This document shows, piece after piece, positions 47,190 to 56,763 of a stretch of 64,000 bases of DNA. The DNA is from Desulfarculus sp. (GTDB taxonomy: Bacteria > Desulfobacterota > Desulfarculia > Desulfarculales > Desulfarculaceae), in the NCBI GenBank assembly GCA_016218705.1, contig JACRDC010000049.1:21660-85659 (forward strand). The letters run 5' to 3'. A program made the position numbers and the translations under genes. The notes under the pieces were generated by a model. It did no database searches. It was not told the DNA's origin and saw nothing but the letters and a program-made list of their open reading frames with translations. Position 1 is the first letter of the stretch. Each line of letters begins with the position of its first letter.

Positions 47190-48224
47190 TCAGCCCCGCA
47201 CCAGGGCCAGGGAGGCGGCCAGGAGGCCGAAGCAGCCCGAGAGCATCACGTCGCCGTGGGGCACGGCCAGGGTCCAGCCCAAGCCTGAAGCCAGGCGCCG
47301 GCGGGGGCCGGTGAAGACCACCGGCCAGTCCTGGCCTTGGGGGGCGGAGTCCAGGCGGGCGCAGCCGTGGCCCTGGCCGGCGAAGACCTCGGAGTCGCTC
47401 AGGGTGCCCTGGATGAAGCGCCCCACCTGGTCGGCCAGGCTGAAGGCGTCCAGGCAGCCGGTGTGGTGCTCGTAGACGCCCAGCACCCGCTGCCCTTGGA
47501 CGAGGAAGCCCACGGTGTGCATGTTGCCCAGGTTGACAATGCACACGCCCCCCTGAGCCAGGGCGGCCACGGCGGGGTCTTGCAGGGCGCCCCAGGCGGC
47601 GGCCGCGGCGGTGTCCATCAACAAGGCCCCGGGGGCCTGCTGTTTGAGGGCGGCCATGCGGGTCATGTCCGGCGGGGCCTGGGGGAAGATCAAGTCGCCC
47701 AGGCGGCCGCCCTTTTGCAGGAAGCGCTCCCACATCATAAAGCGGAACTTGCGGTTGGAGAAGCCGGGGGAATGGCCGTGGTCGCATAGGGCCACGGCCA
47801 GGCGCTGGGGCGGGTCCACCTCGAAGAGCGCGCAGGCCTGGCGAATGGCCTTCAGGTCCAGGTCGCTGGTGGGCACGGTCACGGCCCCGGCCGGCGGCTT
47901 GTCGCAGATGACCACCCCCTGGGCGCGGACCTTGTCCAGGTCGTCGGCCAGGGAGGCCGCCGCCGCCGGGGTGGCGAAGACCTTCAGGCCCTCGTCAAGG
48001 TGCTCCCCCACGGCCCGGTGCATGGCCCCGCCGCCCATGAGCCAGCCCTCGAGGAAGACGTCGCGGCCCTGGCCCCGGGCGGCGCGGATGCGCCGGGCCG
48101 CCACCTGGGTGGGCGAGGGCAGCACCATCTTCACGGCGTTTTCGATCTCCTGGCCGTCTCGCCACAGGAGCAGGTCCTGGGTGCCGCCGCCCACATCCAG
48201 GGCCAGTAGGGATTCTAACTCCAT
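47190..48224 (-). CDS. ASKHA-fold (actin/sugar kinase-like) protein, DUF1786-like
   Basis: N-terminal LALDVGGGTQDLLLW phosphate-1 motif. 344 aa from the Met at 48224 within ORF 47190..48314. The family name is from memory only. Confidence 0.55.
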   Translation of the reverse strand: MELESLLALDVGGGTQDLLLWRDGQEIENAVKMVLPSPTQVAARRIRAARGQGRDVFLEGWLMGGGAMHRAVGEHLDEGLKVFATPAAAASLADDLDKVRAQGVVICDKPPAGAVTVPTSDLDLKAIRQACALFEVDPPQRLAVALCDHGHSPGFSNRKFRFMMWERFLQKGGRLGDLIFPQAPPDMTRMAALKQQAPGALLMDTAAAAAWGALQDPAVAALAQGGVCIVNLGNMHTVGFLVQGQRVLGVYEHHTGCLDAFSLADQVGRFIQGTLSDSEVFAGQGHGCARLDSAPQGQDWPVVFTGPRRRLASGLGWTLAVPHGDVMLSGCFGLLAASLALVRG

Positions 48225-48308
48225 GCCGTGATATATACACGCTGGCGGTCCCCGGGGCCAGGCGTCCCGGGCGCTTTCGCGCCCGGCGGGCCATCCATGG
48301 CCCTCAAA

Positions 48309-48345
48309 CCACATGCGATCAACCTATTCGTTTGATCGCATGTGG
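48309..48345. other. 14-bp perfect inverted repeat with a 9-nt spacer
   Basis: CCACATGCGATCAA (48309-22) and TTGATCGCATGTGG (48332-45), in the divergent region between the DUF1786-like gene and ffh. Confidence 0.8.
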
Positions 48346-48461
48346 CATGAATACTCCCAGGCTGTCCGGCGCTGGCGCTTAAACTAGGGTTTGCCCCCCG
48401 GGGGTTGGGTTTGCTATATTTTCACAAGGGGACATCGAACAAGCCTAAGAACCATGAGCGG

Positions 48462-48490
48462 TTGACGGGGCTGGGCCTGTCCCATATAAT
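48462..48490 (+). promoter_or_regulatory. Sigma70-type promoter of ffh operon (TTGACG-17 bp-TATAAT)
   Basis: TTGACG 48462-67 and TATAAT 48485-90, read directly. About 70 nt upstream of ATG 48560. Confidence 0.55.
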
Positions 48491-48559
48491 CCCCTAGTTT
48501 ACCGGCAGACGTTTGCTCCCGGCGGCTGGCGCCATTGCCTTCGAACGAAAGACTATCCC

Positions 48560-49894
48560 ATGTTCGACCACCTGAGCGACCGCCTGGCCGAGACCTTCAA
48601 GCGCCTAAAGGGCCACGGCAAGCTCTCCGAGAAGAACATAGCCGACGCCCTGCGCGAGGTGCGCCTGGCCCTGCTGGAGGCCGACGTCCACTACAAGGTG
48701 GCCAAGGACTTCATCGAGCAGGTACGCCAGCGGGCCGTGGGCCAGGAGGTGGCGGGAAGCCTGACGCCGGCCCAGGTGGTGGTCAAGATCGTCCACGAGG
48801 AGATGACCGCCCTCATGGGCGGCGAGGCCGAGCCCCTGACGCTGACCGGCCGGCCGCCGCTGATCTATATGATGGTGGGCCTGCAAGGCTCGGGCAAGAC
48901 GACCACCAGCGCCAAGCTGGCCCTGGCGCTCAAGAAAAAGGGCCGGCACCCATTTTTGGTGCCCGCGGACGTGCAGCGCCCGGCGGCCATCGAGCAGTTG
49001 AAGCGCCTGGGCGCCCAGATCCAGGTGCCGGTGAACGACAGCGACCCGGGCAAGAACCCGGTGGACATCTGCGTGCAGGCCCTGGCCAATGCCGCCCGGG
49101 CCGGCGCCGATCTGCTGATACTGGACACCGCCGGCCGCCTGCACGTGGACGAGCCCCTCATGGCCGAGCTGGCGGCCATCCGCGAGCGCCTTCGTCCCCA
49201 GGAGGTGCTCCTGGTGGCCGACGCCATGACCGGCCAGGACGCTGTTAACGTGGCCAAGGCCTTCCATGAGCGCCTGAGCCTCAGCGGCGTCATCCTGAGC
49301 AAGGTGGAGGGCGACGCCCGGGGCGGCGCGGCCCTGTCCATCCGGGCGGTGACCGGGGTGCCCATCAAGCACCTGGGCGTGGGTGAGAAGCTCGACGCCC
49401 TGGAGGCCTTCCACCCCGGGCGCATGGCCGGCCGCATCCTGGGCATGGGCGACGTGCTTAGCCTGGTGGAGAAGGCCCAGGAGGCCTACGACCAGGACAA
49501 GGCCAAGGAGCTGGCCAAGAAGCTGGTCAAGAATTCCTTCACCCTGGAGGACTTTAAGGACCAGTTGCAGCAAATAAAAAAGATGGGCAGCCTGGAGTCC
49601 ATCCTGAGCATGCTGCCCGGGGCGGGCAAGCTAAAGAAACTCAAGGACTTTCAGCCCGAGGAAAAGGAAATCAAGCGCACCGAGGCCATCATCAACTCCA
49701 TGACCGTGGCCGAGCGGCGCGACGTCAACCTGATCAACGCCTCGCGGCGCAAGCGCATAGCGGCGGGCAGCGGCACCACCGTGGCCGACGTCAACCGGCT
49801 TTTGAAGAACTTCGCGGATGCCCGCAAGATGATGAAGAACATGACCCGCATGGGCGCCAGGAAGGGGCTAGGGCGCCTGCTGCCCATGCGCTAA
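48560..49894 (+). CDS. ffh: Signal recognition particle protein
   Basis: 444 aa. N/G domains with GLQGSGKTTT, DTAGR and SKVEGD, plus a Met-rich M domain. Confidence 0.95.
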   Translation: MFDHLSDRLAETFKRLKGHGKLSEKNIADALREVRLALLEADVHYKVAKDFIEQVRQRAVGQEVAGSLTPAQVVVKIVHEEMTALMGGEAEPLTLTGRPPLIYMMVGLQGSGKTTTSAKLALALKKKGRHPFLVPADVQRPAAIEQLKRLGAQIQVPVNDSDPGKNPVDICVQALANAARAGADLLILDTAGRLHVDEPLMAELAAIRERLRPQEVLLVADAMTGQDAVNVAKAFHERLSLSGVILSKVEGDARGGAALSIRAVTGVPIKHLGVGEKLDALEAFHPGRMAGRILGMGDVLSLVEKAQEAYDQDKAKELAKKLVKNSFTLEDFKDQLQQIKKMGSLESILSMLPGAGKLKKLKDFQPEEKEIKRTEAIINSMTVAERRDVNLINASRRKRIAAGSGTTVADVNRLLKNFADARKMMKNMTRMGARKGLGRLLPMR

Positions 49895-49955
49895 AGCCAA
49901 GAAACCAAACCCTAGCCCGAGCACCTAATTTTTTGGAGCGAAGAGAGAGACAGTC

Positions 49956-50225
49956 ATGGCAGTTAGAATCCGTCTGGCCCGCTTAGGCGCCAAGAAAAAG
50001 CCCATGTACCGCATCGTGGCCGCCGACTCCCAGGCCCCCCGCGACGGCAGCTTCCTGGAGATCGTGGGCACCTACGATCCCCATCAGAACCCGGCCCTGG
50101 TGCAGGTTGACGCCGACGCCCTGCAAAAATGGCTGGGCCGTGGCGCCCAGCCCACGGACACCGTGCACAGCCTGCTCAGGAGCAGGGGCCTGTTGCCCGC
50201 AGCGGCGGCTCAGGCGGCCTCGTAA
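49956..50225 (+). CDS. rpsP: 30S ribosomal protein S16
   Basis: MAVRIRLARLGAKKKPMYRIVAADSQAPRDG is the canonical N-terminus. Confidence 0.93.
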   Translation: MAVRIRLARLGAKKKPMYRIVAADSQAPRDGSFLEIVGTYDPHQNPALVQVDADALQKWLGRGAQPTDTVHSLLRSRGLLPAAAAQAAS

Positions 50226-50285
50226 GCTCCTTTGGTTGACCCAGGTTTCGCGCCACCGGTTTCCTTACTCAGGTGGAGGTGCTGA

Positions 50286-50516
50286 ATGAAGGAGTTGATC
50301 AAGTACATCGCGCAGGCGCTGGTGGACCGCCCCGAGCACGTGGAGGTCAACGAGGTGGAAGGCGAACAGACCTCGGTGATCGAGCTGAAGGTGGCCAAGG
50401 AGGACCTGGGCAAGGTGATCGGCAAACAGGGGCGCACGGCCCGGGCCATGCGCACCATCCTTAGCGCCGCCTCCACCAAGATCCGCAAGCGTTCGGTCTT
50501 GGAGATCATCGAGTAG
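50286..50516 (+). CDS. KH domain RNA-binding protein (YlqC/UPF0109)
   Basis: 76 aa. [19 protein letters not shown] contains the GxxG KH motif. Conserved position between rpsP and rimM. Confidence 0.85.
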   Translation: MKELIKYIAQALVDRPEHVEVNEVEGEQTSVIELKVAKEDLGKVIGKQGRTARAMRTILSAASTKIRKRSVLEIIE

Positions 50517-50518
50517 CC

Positions 50519-51085
50519 ATGGCGCGGCCCGACCTGATCCTCATGGGTCGGGCCTCGGGGGCCTTCGGACTCAAGGGCGAGATCAGGGTCTTCTCCCACG
50601 GCCGCGACCCGGAGGTCTTCCGGCGGGCCGGGCGGGTGTACCTGGGGCCCAACCCCGAGGCGGCCCGCCCCCTGACCCTGGTCTCCCTGCGCGAGCACGG
50701 CGGCCGCCTGCTGCTCACCACCCGCGAGGTGAGCGACCGCACCCAGGCCCAGGCCCAGGCCGGGGCCTGGGTGTACCTGGAGCGCGCGGCGCTCAAGCCC
50801 CTGGACCAGGACGAGTACTACTGGTACCAGCTCAAGGGCGCCCTGGTGGTGGACAAAGAGGGGCGGGAGCTGGGCCGGGTGGTCCAGGTGGGCGACCTGG
50901 GCGCCCACGACCTGTTGCTAGTACGGGCCGAGGATGGTAAAGAGGCCCTGATCCCGGTGGTGGAGGGCGTGGTGCTGACCGTGGACCCTCTGGCGGGCCT
51001 GGTCAGGGTGGACCCGCCCCCGGGGCTATTGGAGGCCCAGGGCTGGCCCGAGGACCCCGAGGGACCAGAGGGCAAGGCCCCATGA
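50519..51085 (+). CDS. rimM: 16S rRNA processing protein RimM
   Basis: [16 protein letters not shown]-terminus and a PRC barrel C-terminus. Operon context. Confidence 0.9.
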   Translation: MARPDLILMGRASGAFGLKGEIRVFSHGRDPEVFRRAGRVYLGPNPEAARPLTLVSLREHGGRLLLTTREVSDRTQAQAQAGAWVYLERAALKPLDQDEYYWYQLKGALVVDKEGRELGRVVQVGDLGAHDLLLVRAEDGKEALIPVVEGVVLTVDPLAGLVRVDPPPGLLEAQGWPEDPEGPEGKAP

Positions 51086-51846
51086 TTTTTGACATAGTCA
51101 CCCTGCTGCCCGAGGTGTGCCAGGCCTACTGCCAGGCCTCGATCCTGGGCCGGGCGGTCAAGGCGGGGCTGATAGAGGTGCGGCTGACCAACCCGCGCGA
51201 CTTCGCCCCTGACCGCCACCGCACCGTGGACGACGTGCCCTACGGCGGCGGCGACGGCATGGTGATGATGCCCGGGCCTTTGGTGGCCGCCCTGGAGGGT
51301 TTGCCCCAGGGGCCGCCGGCGCGGGTGATCTTGCTCTCGCCCCGGGGACGGCCCTTTGACCAGGCCAAGGCCCGCCAGTTGGCCGGGCTGGAGCGCCTAG
51401 TGCTGGTCTGCGGCCGCTACGAGGGCGTGGACGAGCGGGTGCGCCAGTTGGCCGTGGACGAGGAACTGAGCCTGGGCGACTTCGTGCTCTGCGGCGGTGA
51501 GTTGGCGGCCTTGGCGGTGCTGGAGGCCGTCAGCCGGCTTCTGCCCGGGGTGCTGGGCGGGGCCGATTCGGCGGTGGCGGACAGCTTCAGCGACGGGCTG
51601 CTGGAGCACCCCCACTACACCAGGCCCCCCGAGTTCCGGGGCCTGACGGTGCCCGAGGTGCTCCTCAGCGGCCACCACGGGGCCATCGCCCGCTGGCGGC
51701 GCAAGGAGTCCATCCGGCGCACCCTGCTGGCCCGCCCCGAGCTGCTGGCCGTGGCGGACCTGACCAGCGCCCTGGACCAGCGGCTGTTGGCCGAGGTCAG
51801 GCAAGAGGAAGATATCCCATGGGCCCCCCCGGGGGACCGGACGTAG
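51082..51846 (+). CDS. trmD: tRNA (guanine37-N1)-methyltransferase
   Basis: [33 protein letters not shown] and [12 protein letters not shown] motifs. ATGA overlap with rimM. Confidence 0.93.
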   Translation: MIFDIVTLLPEVCQAYCQASILGRAVKAGLIEVRLTNPRDFAPDRHRTVDDVPYGGGDGMVMMPGPLVAALEGLPQGPPARVILLSPRGRPFDQAKARQLAGLERLVLVCGRYEGVDERVRQLAVDEELSLGDFVLCGGELAALAVLEAVSRLLPGVLGGADSAVADSFSDGLLEHPHYTRPPEFRGLTVPEVLLSGHHGAIARWRRKESIRRTLLARPELLAVADLTSALDQRLLAEVRQEEDIPWAPPGDRT

Positions 51847-51911
51847 GCTAGATTACCATCAGGCCCCGGGCCTTTGGCGGCGCCGGCTGGCCTTGTGCAA
51901 GGAGACGAACC

Positions 51912-52259
51912 ATGGATGCCAGGGAGATGATCGCGCTCGAGCAGATGCGTGTGGACATGCCCGAGTTTCGCGCTGGCGACACCGTCAAGGTGCACGTGCG
52001 CATCAAGGAGGGCGAGAAGGAGCGCCTGCAGGTCTTCGAGGGCGTGGTGATGCGCCGCCGGGGAGACGGCATGGGCGCCTCCTTCACGGTGCGCAAGGTT
52101 TCCTACGGCGTGGGGGTGGAGCGCATCTTCCCCCTGCACTCGCCGATCATTGACCACGTGGACCTGATTACCCAGGGCCGCGTGCGCCAGGGGCGCATCT
52201 ACTACCTGCGCGCCCTGCGCGGCAAAGCCGCCCGCATCAAGGAGAAGAAGCGGGTCTAG
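51912..52259 (+). CDS. rplS: 50S ribosomal protein L19
   Basis: [28 protein letters not shown]...RRGDG is the canonical L19 sequence. Confidence 0.95.
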   Translation: MDAREMIALEQMRVDMPEFRAGDTVKVHVRIKEGEKERLQVFEGVVMRRRGDGMGASFTVRKVSYGVGVERIFPLHSPIIDHVDLITQGRVRQGRIYYLRALRGKAARIKEKKRV

Positions 52260-52262
52260 CCC

Positions 52263-52907
52263 ATGGCCCCCGGCCGCCCGCGGCGCGCCCGCGGCCTGGA
52301 CGGCCAGGCCGAGGCGGACCTGCGCGCCCAGGGCTATGCCCTGGTGGCCGGGGTGGACGAGGTGGGGCGCGGGCCCTTGGCTGGGCCGGTGGTGGCCGCG
52401 GCGGTGATCCTGCCCGCCGGCTGGGACGACCCCGGCGTGGACGACTCCAAGCGCCTGCCCGCGCCCACGCGCCAGCGCCTGGCCATGCACATCCGGGCCA
52501 CGGCCCTGGCCTGGGGCCTGGGCCTAGTGGAGCCGGTGGAGATTGACCGCCTGAACATCCACCAGGCCAGCCTCCTGGCCATGGGCCGGGCGGTAAAGGC
52601 CCTGGGGCGGCGGCCGGATTATCTCTTGGTGGACGGGCGCTTCATGCTGGACATGGCCATCGCCCAGCGGGCGGTGGTGGGGGGCGACGGGGCAATAGCC
52701 TCGGTGGCGGCGGCCAGCATACTGGCCAAGGTTCACCGCGACGGCCTGATGGAGGGCTGGCATCAAGAGTGGCCGGCCTACAACTTCGCGGCCAACAAGG
52801 GCTACGGCACCGCCGAGCACCGCCAGGCCCTGAAGGCCCACGGCCCCTGCCCCCTGCACCGCAAGAGCTTCGCGCCGGTGGCCCAGTTGGAGCTGGGCCT
52901 TGCCTGA
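52263..52907 (+). CDS. rnhB: Ribonuclease HII
   Basis: GVDEVGRGPLAGPVVAAAV, DDSKRL, and ASILAKV...GYGT motifs. Confidence 0.92.
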   Translation: MAPGRPRRARGLDGQAEADLRAQGYALVAGVDEVGRGPLAGPVVAAAVILPAGWDDPGVDDSKRLPAPTRQRLAMHIRATALAWGLGLVEPVEIDRLNIHQASLLAMGRAVKALGRRPDYLLVDGRFMLDMAIAQRAVVGGDGAIASVAAASILAKVHRDGLMEGWHQEWPAYNFAANKGYGTAEHRQALKAHGPCPLHRKSFAPVAQLELGLA

Positions 52908-53283
52908 GACCAGGCCGGCCGGCCTGGGCCAGGCCCGGGGCCGCGCCGCCGAGGACCTGGCCCGCCGGCACCTGGAGCAGGCGGGCCTGCGGGTGGTGGC
53001 GGCCAACCGCCGCACTACCGGCGGCGAGCTGGATTTGGTGGCTTGGGAAGGGCCGGTGCTAGTCTTCGTGGAGGTGAAGGGCCGCGCCCTGGGCCACCCC
53101 GGAGCGCCCGAGGAGGCCGTGGACCGGCGCAAGCGGCAACGGATCGTGGCGGCCGCCCAGGCCTACCTGGCGGGCCTCCAGGGGCCGGAGCCTGTCTGCC
53201 GCTTCGATGTGGTGGCGGTGGATTTCGCCGGGGGCCGGGCCAGCCTGCGCCACTTGCGCGACGCCTTTAGGCTGGGGGACTAG
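52900..53283 (+). CDS. yraN: YraN family (UPF0102) endonuclease-like protein
   Basis: GRAAEDLARRHLEQAGLRVVAANRR..GELDLVA...LVFVEVK is the typical YraN pattern. The start (TTG 52900) is uncertain. Confidence 0.8.
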   Translation: MPETRPAGLGQARGRAAEDLARRHLEQAGLRVVAANRRTTGGELDLVAWEGPVLVFVEVKGRALGHPGAPEEAVDRRKRQRIVAAAQAYLAGLQGPEPVCRFDVVAVDFAGGRASLRHLRDAFRLGD

Positions 53284-53285
53284 CC

Positions 53286-54461
53286 ATGTCCACCCTGTAC
53301 GTGGTGGCCACGCCCATAGGCAACCTGGAGGACCTCACCCCCCGGGCGGCCAGGATATTGGGCGAGGTACCGGTGGTGGCCGCCGAAAGCCTGGCCCGGG
53401 GCAAGAAGCTCCTCAGCCACCTGGGCCTGAAGGGCAAGCGGGTCATCTCCTGCCGGGAGGCCAACCGCCGCCGGGCCGCGGCGCAGGTGGTGCAGGCCCT
53501 GGAGGAAGGCCACGACGTGGCCCTTATCAGCGACGCCGGCACCCCGGGGGTCAGCGACCCGGGGGTGGCGGTGGTGCAGGCCGTGGCCGCATCTGGACAC
53601 CGCCTGTGCCCAGTGGCCGGGCCCAGCGCCCTGGCCGCTAGCCTGAGCGTGGCCGGTCTGCCCGGGGCGCCCCTGGTCTTTTTGGGCTTCGCGCCAGCCA
53701 AGCCCGGGGCGCGTAAAAAACTTTTGGAGCGGGCCGCCTCGACCGGCTGGACCTTCGCGCTGTTTGAGGCGCCCCACCGCCTGGCCGAGACCGCCGCCGG
53801 CCTGGTGGAGGTGGTGGGAGGCGAGCGGCCGGTGGTCATGGCCCGGGAGCTGACCAAGCTGCACGAGGAGGTGGTGCACACCACCTGCCAGGAACTGGCC
53901 GAATTGGCCAGGAGCAATCAGGCCCGGGGTGAGATAACCTTGGTGGTGGCCGGCGGCCCCAGCCAAGAAGTAGAGCAGGAGCAGGCCGGCCAGGTGGGCC
54001 GGCTATTGGCCCAGGGCATGCAAGAGGGCCAGCCGCCCAGCCGCCTGGCCAAACAGGTGGCCCAGCAGACCGGCCAGCCCCGCGAGGCGGTTTACCGCCG
54101 GCTATTGGAATTGAAACAGGCGCGGCCAGAGCAGGGTTCAGCGACAAGGACCGAACCAGTGGAATCATCGGGCGCAATCAAGTGTGACGACGACGTCCTC
54201 CAGTGCCAACTGGAGGTGAACAACAGCCTGGGTCTGCACGCCCGCGTGGCCGCGCGCATCGCCGAGACGGTGCAGCGCTACGACTGCCAGGTGGTGCTGT
54301 GCAAGGACGGCCTGGAGGCCGACGGGGCCAGCGTGCTCTCCATCCTGGCCCTGGACGCCCCCCTGGGCAGCCTTATTACCGTGCAGGCCAAGGGCAAGGC
54401 CGCCCGCCAGGCCCTTCAGGCCCTGGAAGGGCTGTTCGCGGGCTCCTTCGGAGAGAACTGA
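53286..54461 (+). CDS. rsmI: 16S rRNA (cytidine1402-2'-O)-methyltransferase RsmI, continuing in frame without a stop into an HPr domain
   Basis: LYVVATPIGNLEDLTPRA, SDAGTPGVSDPG and FFEAPHR-like FEAPHRL blocks up to about residue 279. A 26-aa linker follows, then the HPr sequence. The single ORF is 391 aa. Confidence 0.85.
   Translation: MSTLYVVATPIGNLEDLTPRAARILGEVPVVAAESLARGKKLLSHLGLKGKRVISCREANRRRAAAQVVQALEEGHDVALISDAGTPGVSDPGVAVVQAVAASGHRLCPVAGPSALAASLSVAGLPGAPLVFLGFAPAKPGARKKLLERAASTGWTFALFEAPHRLAETAAGLVEVVGGERPVVMARELTKLHEEVVHTTCQELAELARSNQARGEITLVVAGGPSQEVEQEQAGQVGRLLAQGMQEGQPPSRLAKQVAQQTGQPREAVYRRLLELKQARPEQGSATRTEPVESSGAIKCDDDVLQCQLEVNNSLGLHARVAARIAETVQRYDCQVVLCKDGLEADGASVLSILALDAPLGSLITVQAKGKAARQALQALEGLFAGSFGEN
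54159..54461 (+). CDS. ptsH: HPr (phosphocarrier) domain; fused to RsmI or translated from internal GTG 54159
   Basis: LEVNNSLGLHARVAARI (His15 motif GLHAR) and DGASVLSILAL (Ser46 region). AAGGA lies 8 nt before GTG 54159. The stop overlaps the ptsI ATG. Confidence 0.7.
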   Translation: MESSGAIKCDDDVLQCQLEVNNSLGLHARVAARIAETVQRYDCQVVLCKDGLEADGASVLSILALDAPLGSLITVQAKGKAARQALQALEGLFAGSFGEN

Positions 54462-56233
54462 TGGCCAGCGGGGAGGAGCGCGTTCTGCACGGCGTGGGGG
54501 CCTCGCCGGGCATCAGCATCGGCCGGGCCATGGCCGTGCCGCGCCATCCCGTGCAGGTGGCCTACCGCCCACTACAGGACCAAACCGAGGCCGAGGCCGA
54601 GGTCACCCGCTTCGAGGTGGCCCTGCAGGCCACCCACGACGACCTGGCCACCGCCCGCGACGACCTCTCCGCCGCCCTGGCCGACTACTCCTACATCATC
54701 GAGGCCCACCTGCTGATCCTCAAGGATCGCATGATTAAGGACCGCACGGCCCAGATCATACGCCAGCAGCGCCTCAACGCCGAGTGGGCCCTATCCCAGG
54801 CCGTGAGCGAGGCCAAGGTCTTTTTCCAGAAGATCAAGGACGACTACATCCGCTCGCGCTTCACCGACGTGGAGTACGTCACCGACCAGGTGCTGCGCCA
54901 CCTCTCGGGCCAGGAGGGCTCGGCGCTCTCGGCCATCCGCGAAAAGGTCATCGTGGTGGCCCACGACCTGTCGCCGGCCGACACCACCCAGATGGACCTG
55001 GACTGGGTCATGGGCTTTGTCACCGACATGGGCGGCCCCACCAGCCACACGGCCATCATGGCCCAGGCCAAGGCCCTGCCGGCGGTGTTGGGCCTGGAGC
55101 GGGTGAGCCTGGAGGTCAAAAGCGGCGACTTCCTCATCGTGGACGGCTCGGCCGGGGTGGTGGTGATAAACCCCGACGACGAGACCCTGCACTACTACCG
55201 CGACAAGCAGGAGGCCTACGAGCTCTACGCCCAGGAGATACTGGCCCAGGCCCATCTGCCGGCCGAGACCCTGGACGGCCACCCCGTGGACGTGGGCGCC
55301 AACATCGAGCTGGCCGAGGAGGTGGGCATGGTGCTGGGCTACGGCGCCGAGTCCATCGGCCTGTACCGCACCGAGTTCTTCTACATCAGCCAGAAGACCA
55401 CTCCCAGCGAGGACGAACTTTTCCACAATTTTAGGGCCGTGGCCCAGCGCCTGGGCGGCCGGCCGGTGAACATCCGCACCCTCGACATCGGCGGCGACAA
55501 GTTCGCCAGCTCGGTGGATTTGGCCCCGGAGATCAACCCCGCCCTGGGGCTAAGGGCCATCCGTTTCTGCCTCAAGGAGAAGGACCTGTTCCTGGACCAG
55601 CTCAGGGCCGTGCTCAGGGCCTCGGCCTTCGGCCGGGTGCGGGTGCTCTTCCCCCTCATCTCGGGGGTGGAGGAGCTGGTGCAGGCCAAGGAGCTTCTGG
55701 AGCGGGCCAAGGCCCAACTGGTGCGGCGGGGCCAGTCCTTCGACCCCAAGCTGGAGACGGGCATCATGATCGAGGTGCCCTCGGCCGTGGCCATAGCCGA
55801 CCTGCTGGCCCGCCACTGCGACTATTTCTCCATCGGCACCAACGACCTTATCCAGTATTCCCTGGCCATTGACCGGGTCAACGAGCACGTGGCCCACCTG
55901 TACCAGCCCCTGCACCCGGCGGTCTTGCGCATGATCCAGATGGTGGTGCGGGCCGGGCACCAGGCGGGCATCAAGGTGGCCATGTGCGGCGAGATGGCCG
56001 GCGACCAGAGGGCCGTGCCCCTCTTGTTGGGCCTGGGCCTGGACTACCTGTCCCTTAACGCCCTGGGCATCCCCCGGGTCAAGCAGATGGTGCGCATGAC
56101 CAACCGCGCCACCTGGCAGAAACTGGCCAAGCGGGCGCTCTCCTTCGCCACCGCCGCCGAGGTCAGCGCCTTCATGGATCAGGAACTCCGGCGCCACTTC
56201 CCCAAGGTCTTCAGCGCCGAGCCGGCTAAGTAG
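54461..56233 (+). CDS. ptsI: Phosphoenolpyruvate-protein phosphotransferase (PTS enzyme I)
   Basis: 591 aa. Phospho-His region [14 protein letters not shown]-binding LYRTEF, and [11 protein letters not shown]...CGEMA. Confidence 0.93.
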   Translation: MASGEERVLHGVGASPGISIGRAMAVPRHPVQVAYRPLQDQTEAEAEVTRFEVALQATHDDLATARDDLSAALADYSYIIEAHLLILKDRMIKDRTAQIIRQQRLNAEWALSQAVSEAKVFFQKIKDDYIRSRFTDVEYVTDQVLRHLSGQEGSALSAIREKVIVVAHDLSPADTTQMDLDWVMGFVTDMGGPTSHTAIMAQAKALPAVLGLERVSLEVKSGDFLIVDGSAGVVVINPDDETLHYYRDKQEAYELYAQEILAQAHLPAETLDGHPVDVGANIELAEEVGMVLGYGAESIGLYRTEFFYISQKTTPSEDELFHNFRAVAQRLGGRPVNIRTLDIGGDKFASSVDLAPEINPALGLRAIRFCLKEKDLFLDQLRAVLRASAFGRVRVLFPLISGVEELVQAKELLERAKAQLVRRGQSFDPKLETGIMIEVPSAVAIADLLARHCDYFSIGTNDLIQYSLAIDRVNEHVAHLYQPLHPAVLRMIQMVVRAGHQAGIKVAMCGEMAGDQRAVPLLLGLGLDYLSLNALGIPRVKQMVRMTNRATWQKLAKRALSFATAAEVSAFMDQELRRHFPKVFSAEPAK

Positions 56234-56286
56234 TCCCCTGGGGCCGGCCGGCCCAACAGCATACCAAACCAGGACGGGTGGCAGGC

Positions 56287-56748
56287 ATGGCCGAACAGGG
56301 CATCAAGCTCGTGGCCAAGAACAAGAAGGCGCGCTTCAACTACGAGTTGGGCGACCGCCTGGAGGCCGGGCTGGTGCTCAGCGGCACCGAGGTCAAGTCC
56401 CTGCGCCTGGGCAAGGCCAACCTCACCGACTCCTACGCCAAGATCAAGGACGGCGAGGCCTGGCTGATAAGCTGCCACATCAGCGCCTATCCCTTTGCCC
56501 ACTACGACAACCACGACCCCGAGCGCCCCCGCAAGTTGCTCTTGCACGGCCGTGAGATCCGCCGCCTGGACGCCAAGCTCTCCGAGCAGGGCTACAGCCT
56601 CATCCCCCTGGCCATCTACTTCAAGAACGGCAAGGCCAAGGTGGAACTGGCCCTGGCCAAGGGCAAGAAGCTCTTCGACAAGCGCCAGGCCATCAAGGAG
56701 CGCGAGCAGAACCGCGACGTGGCCCGCGCCATGAGGCGTGAAAGGTAA
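56287..56748 (+). CDS. smpB: SsrA-binding protein
   Basis: [13 protein letters not shown]...GTEVKSLR...PRKLLLH is the canonical SmpB sequence. Confidence 0.93.
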   Translation: MAEQGIKLVAKNKKARFNYELGDRLEAGLVLSGTEVKSLRLGKANLTDSYAKIKDGEAWLISCHISAYPFAHYDNHDPERPRKLLLHGREIRRLDAKLSEQGYSLIPLAIYFKNGKAKVELALAKGKKLFDKRQAIKEREQNRDVARAMRRER

Positions 56749-56763
56749 ACCGGAGGCGGCGCC

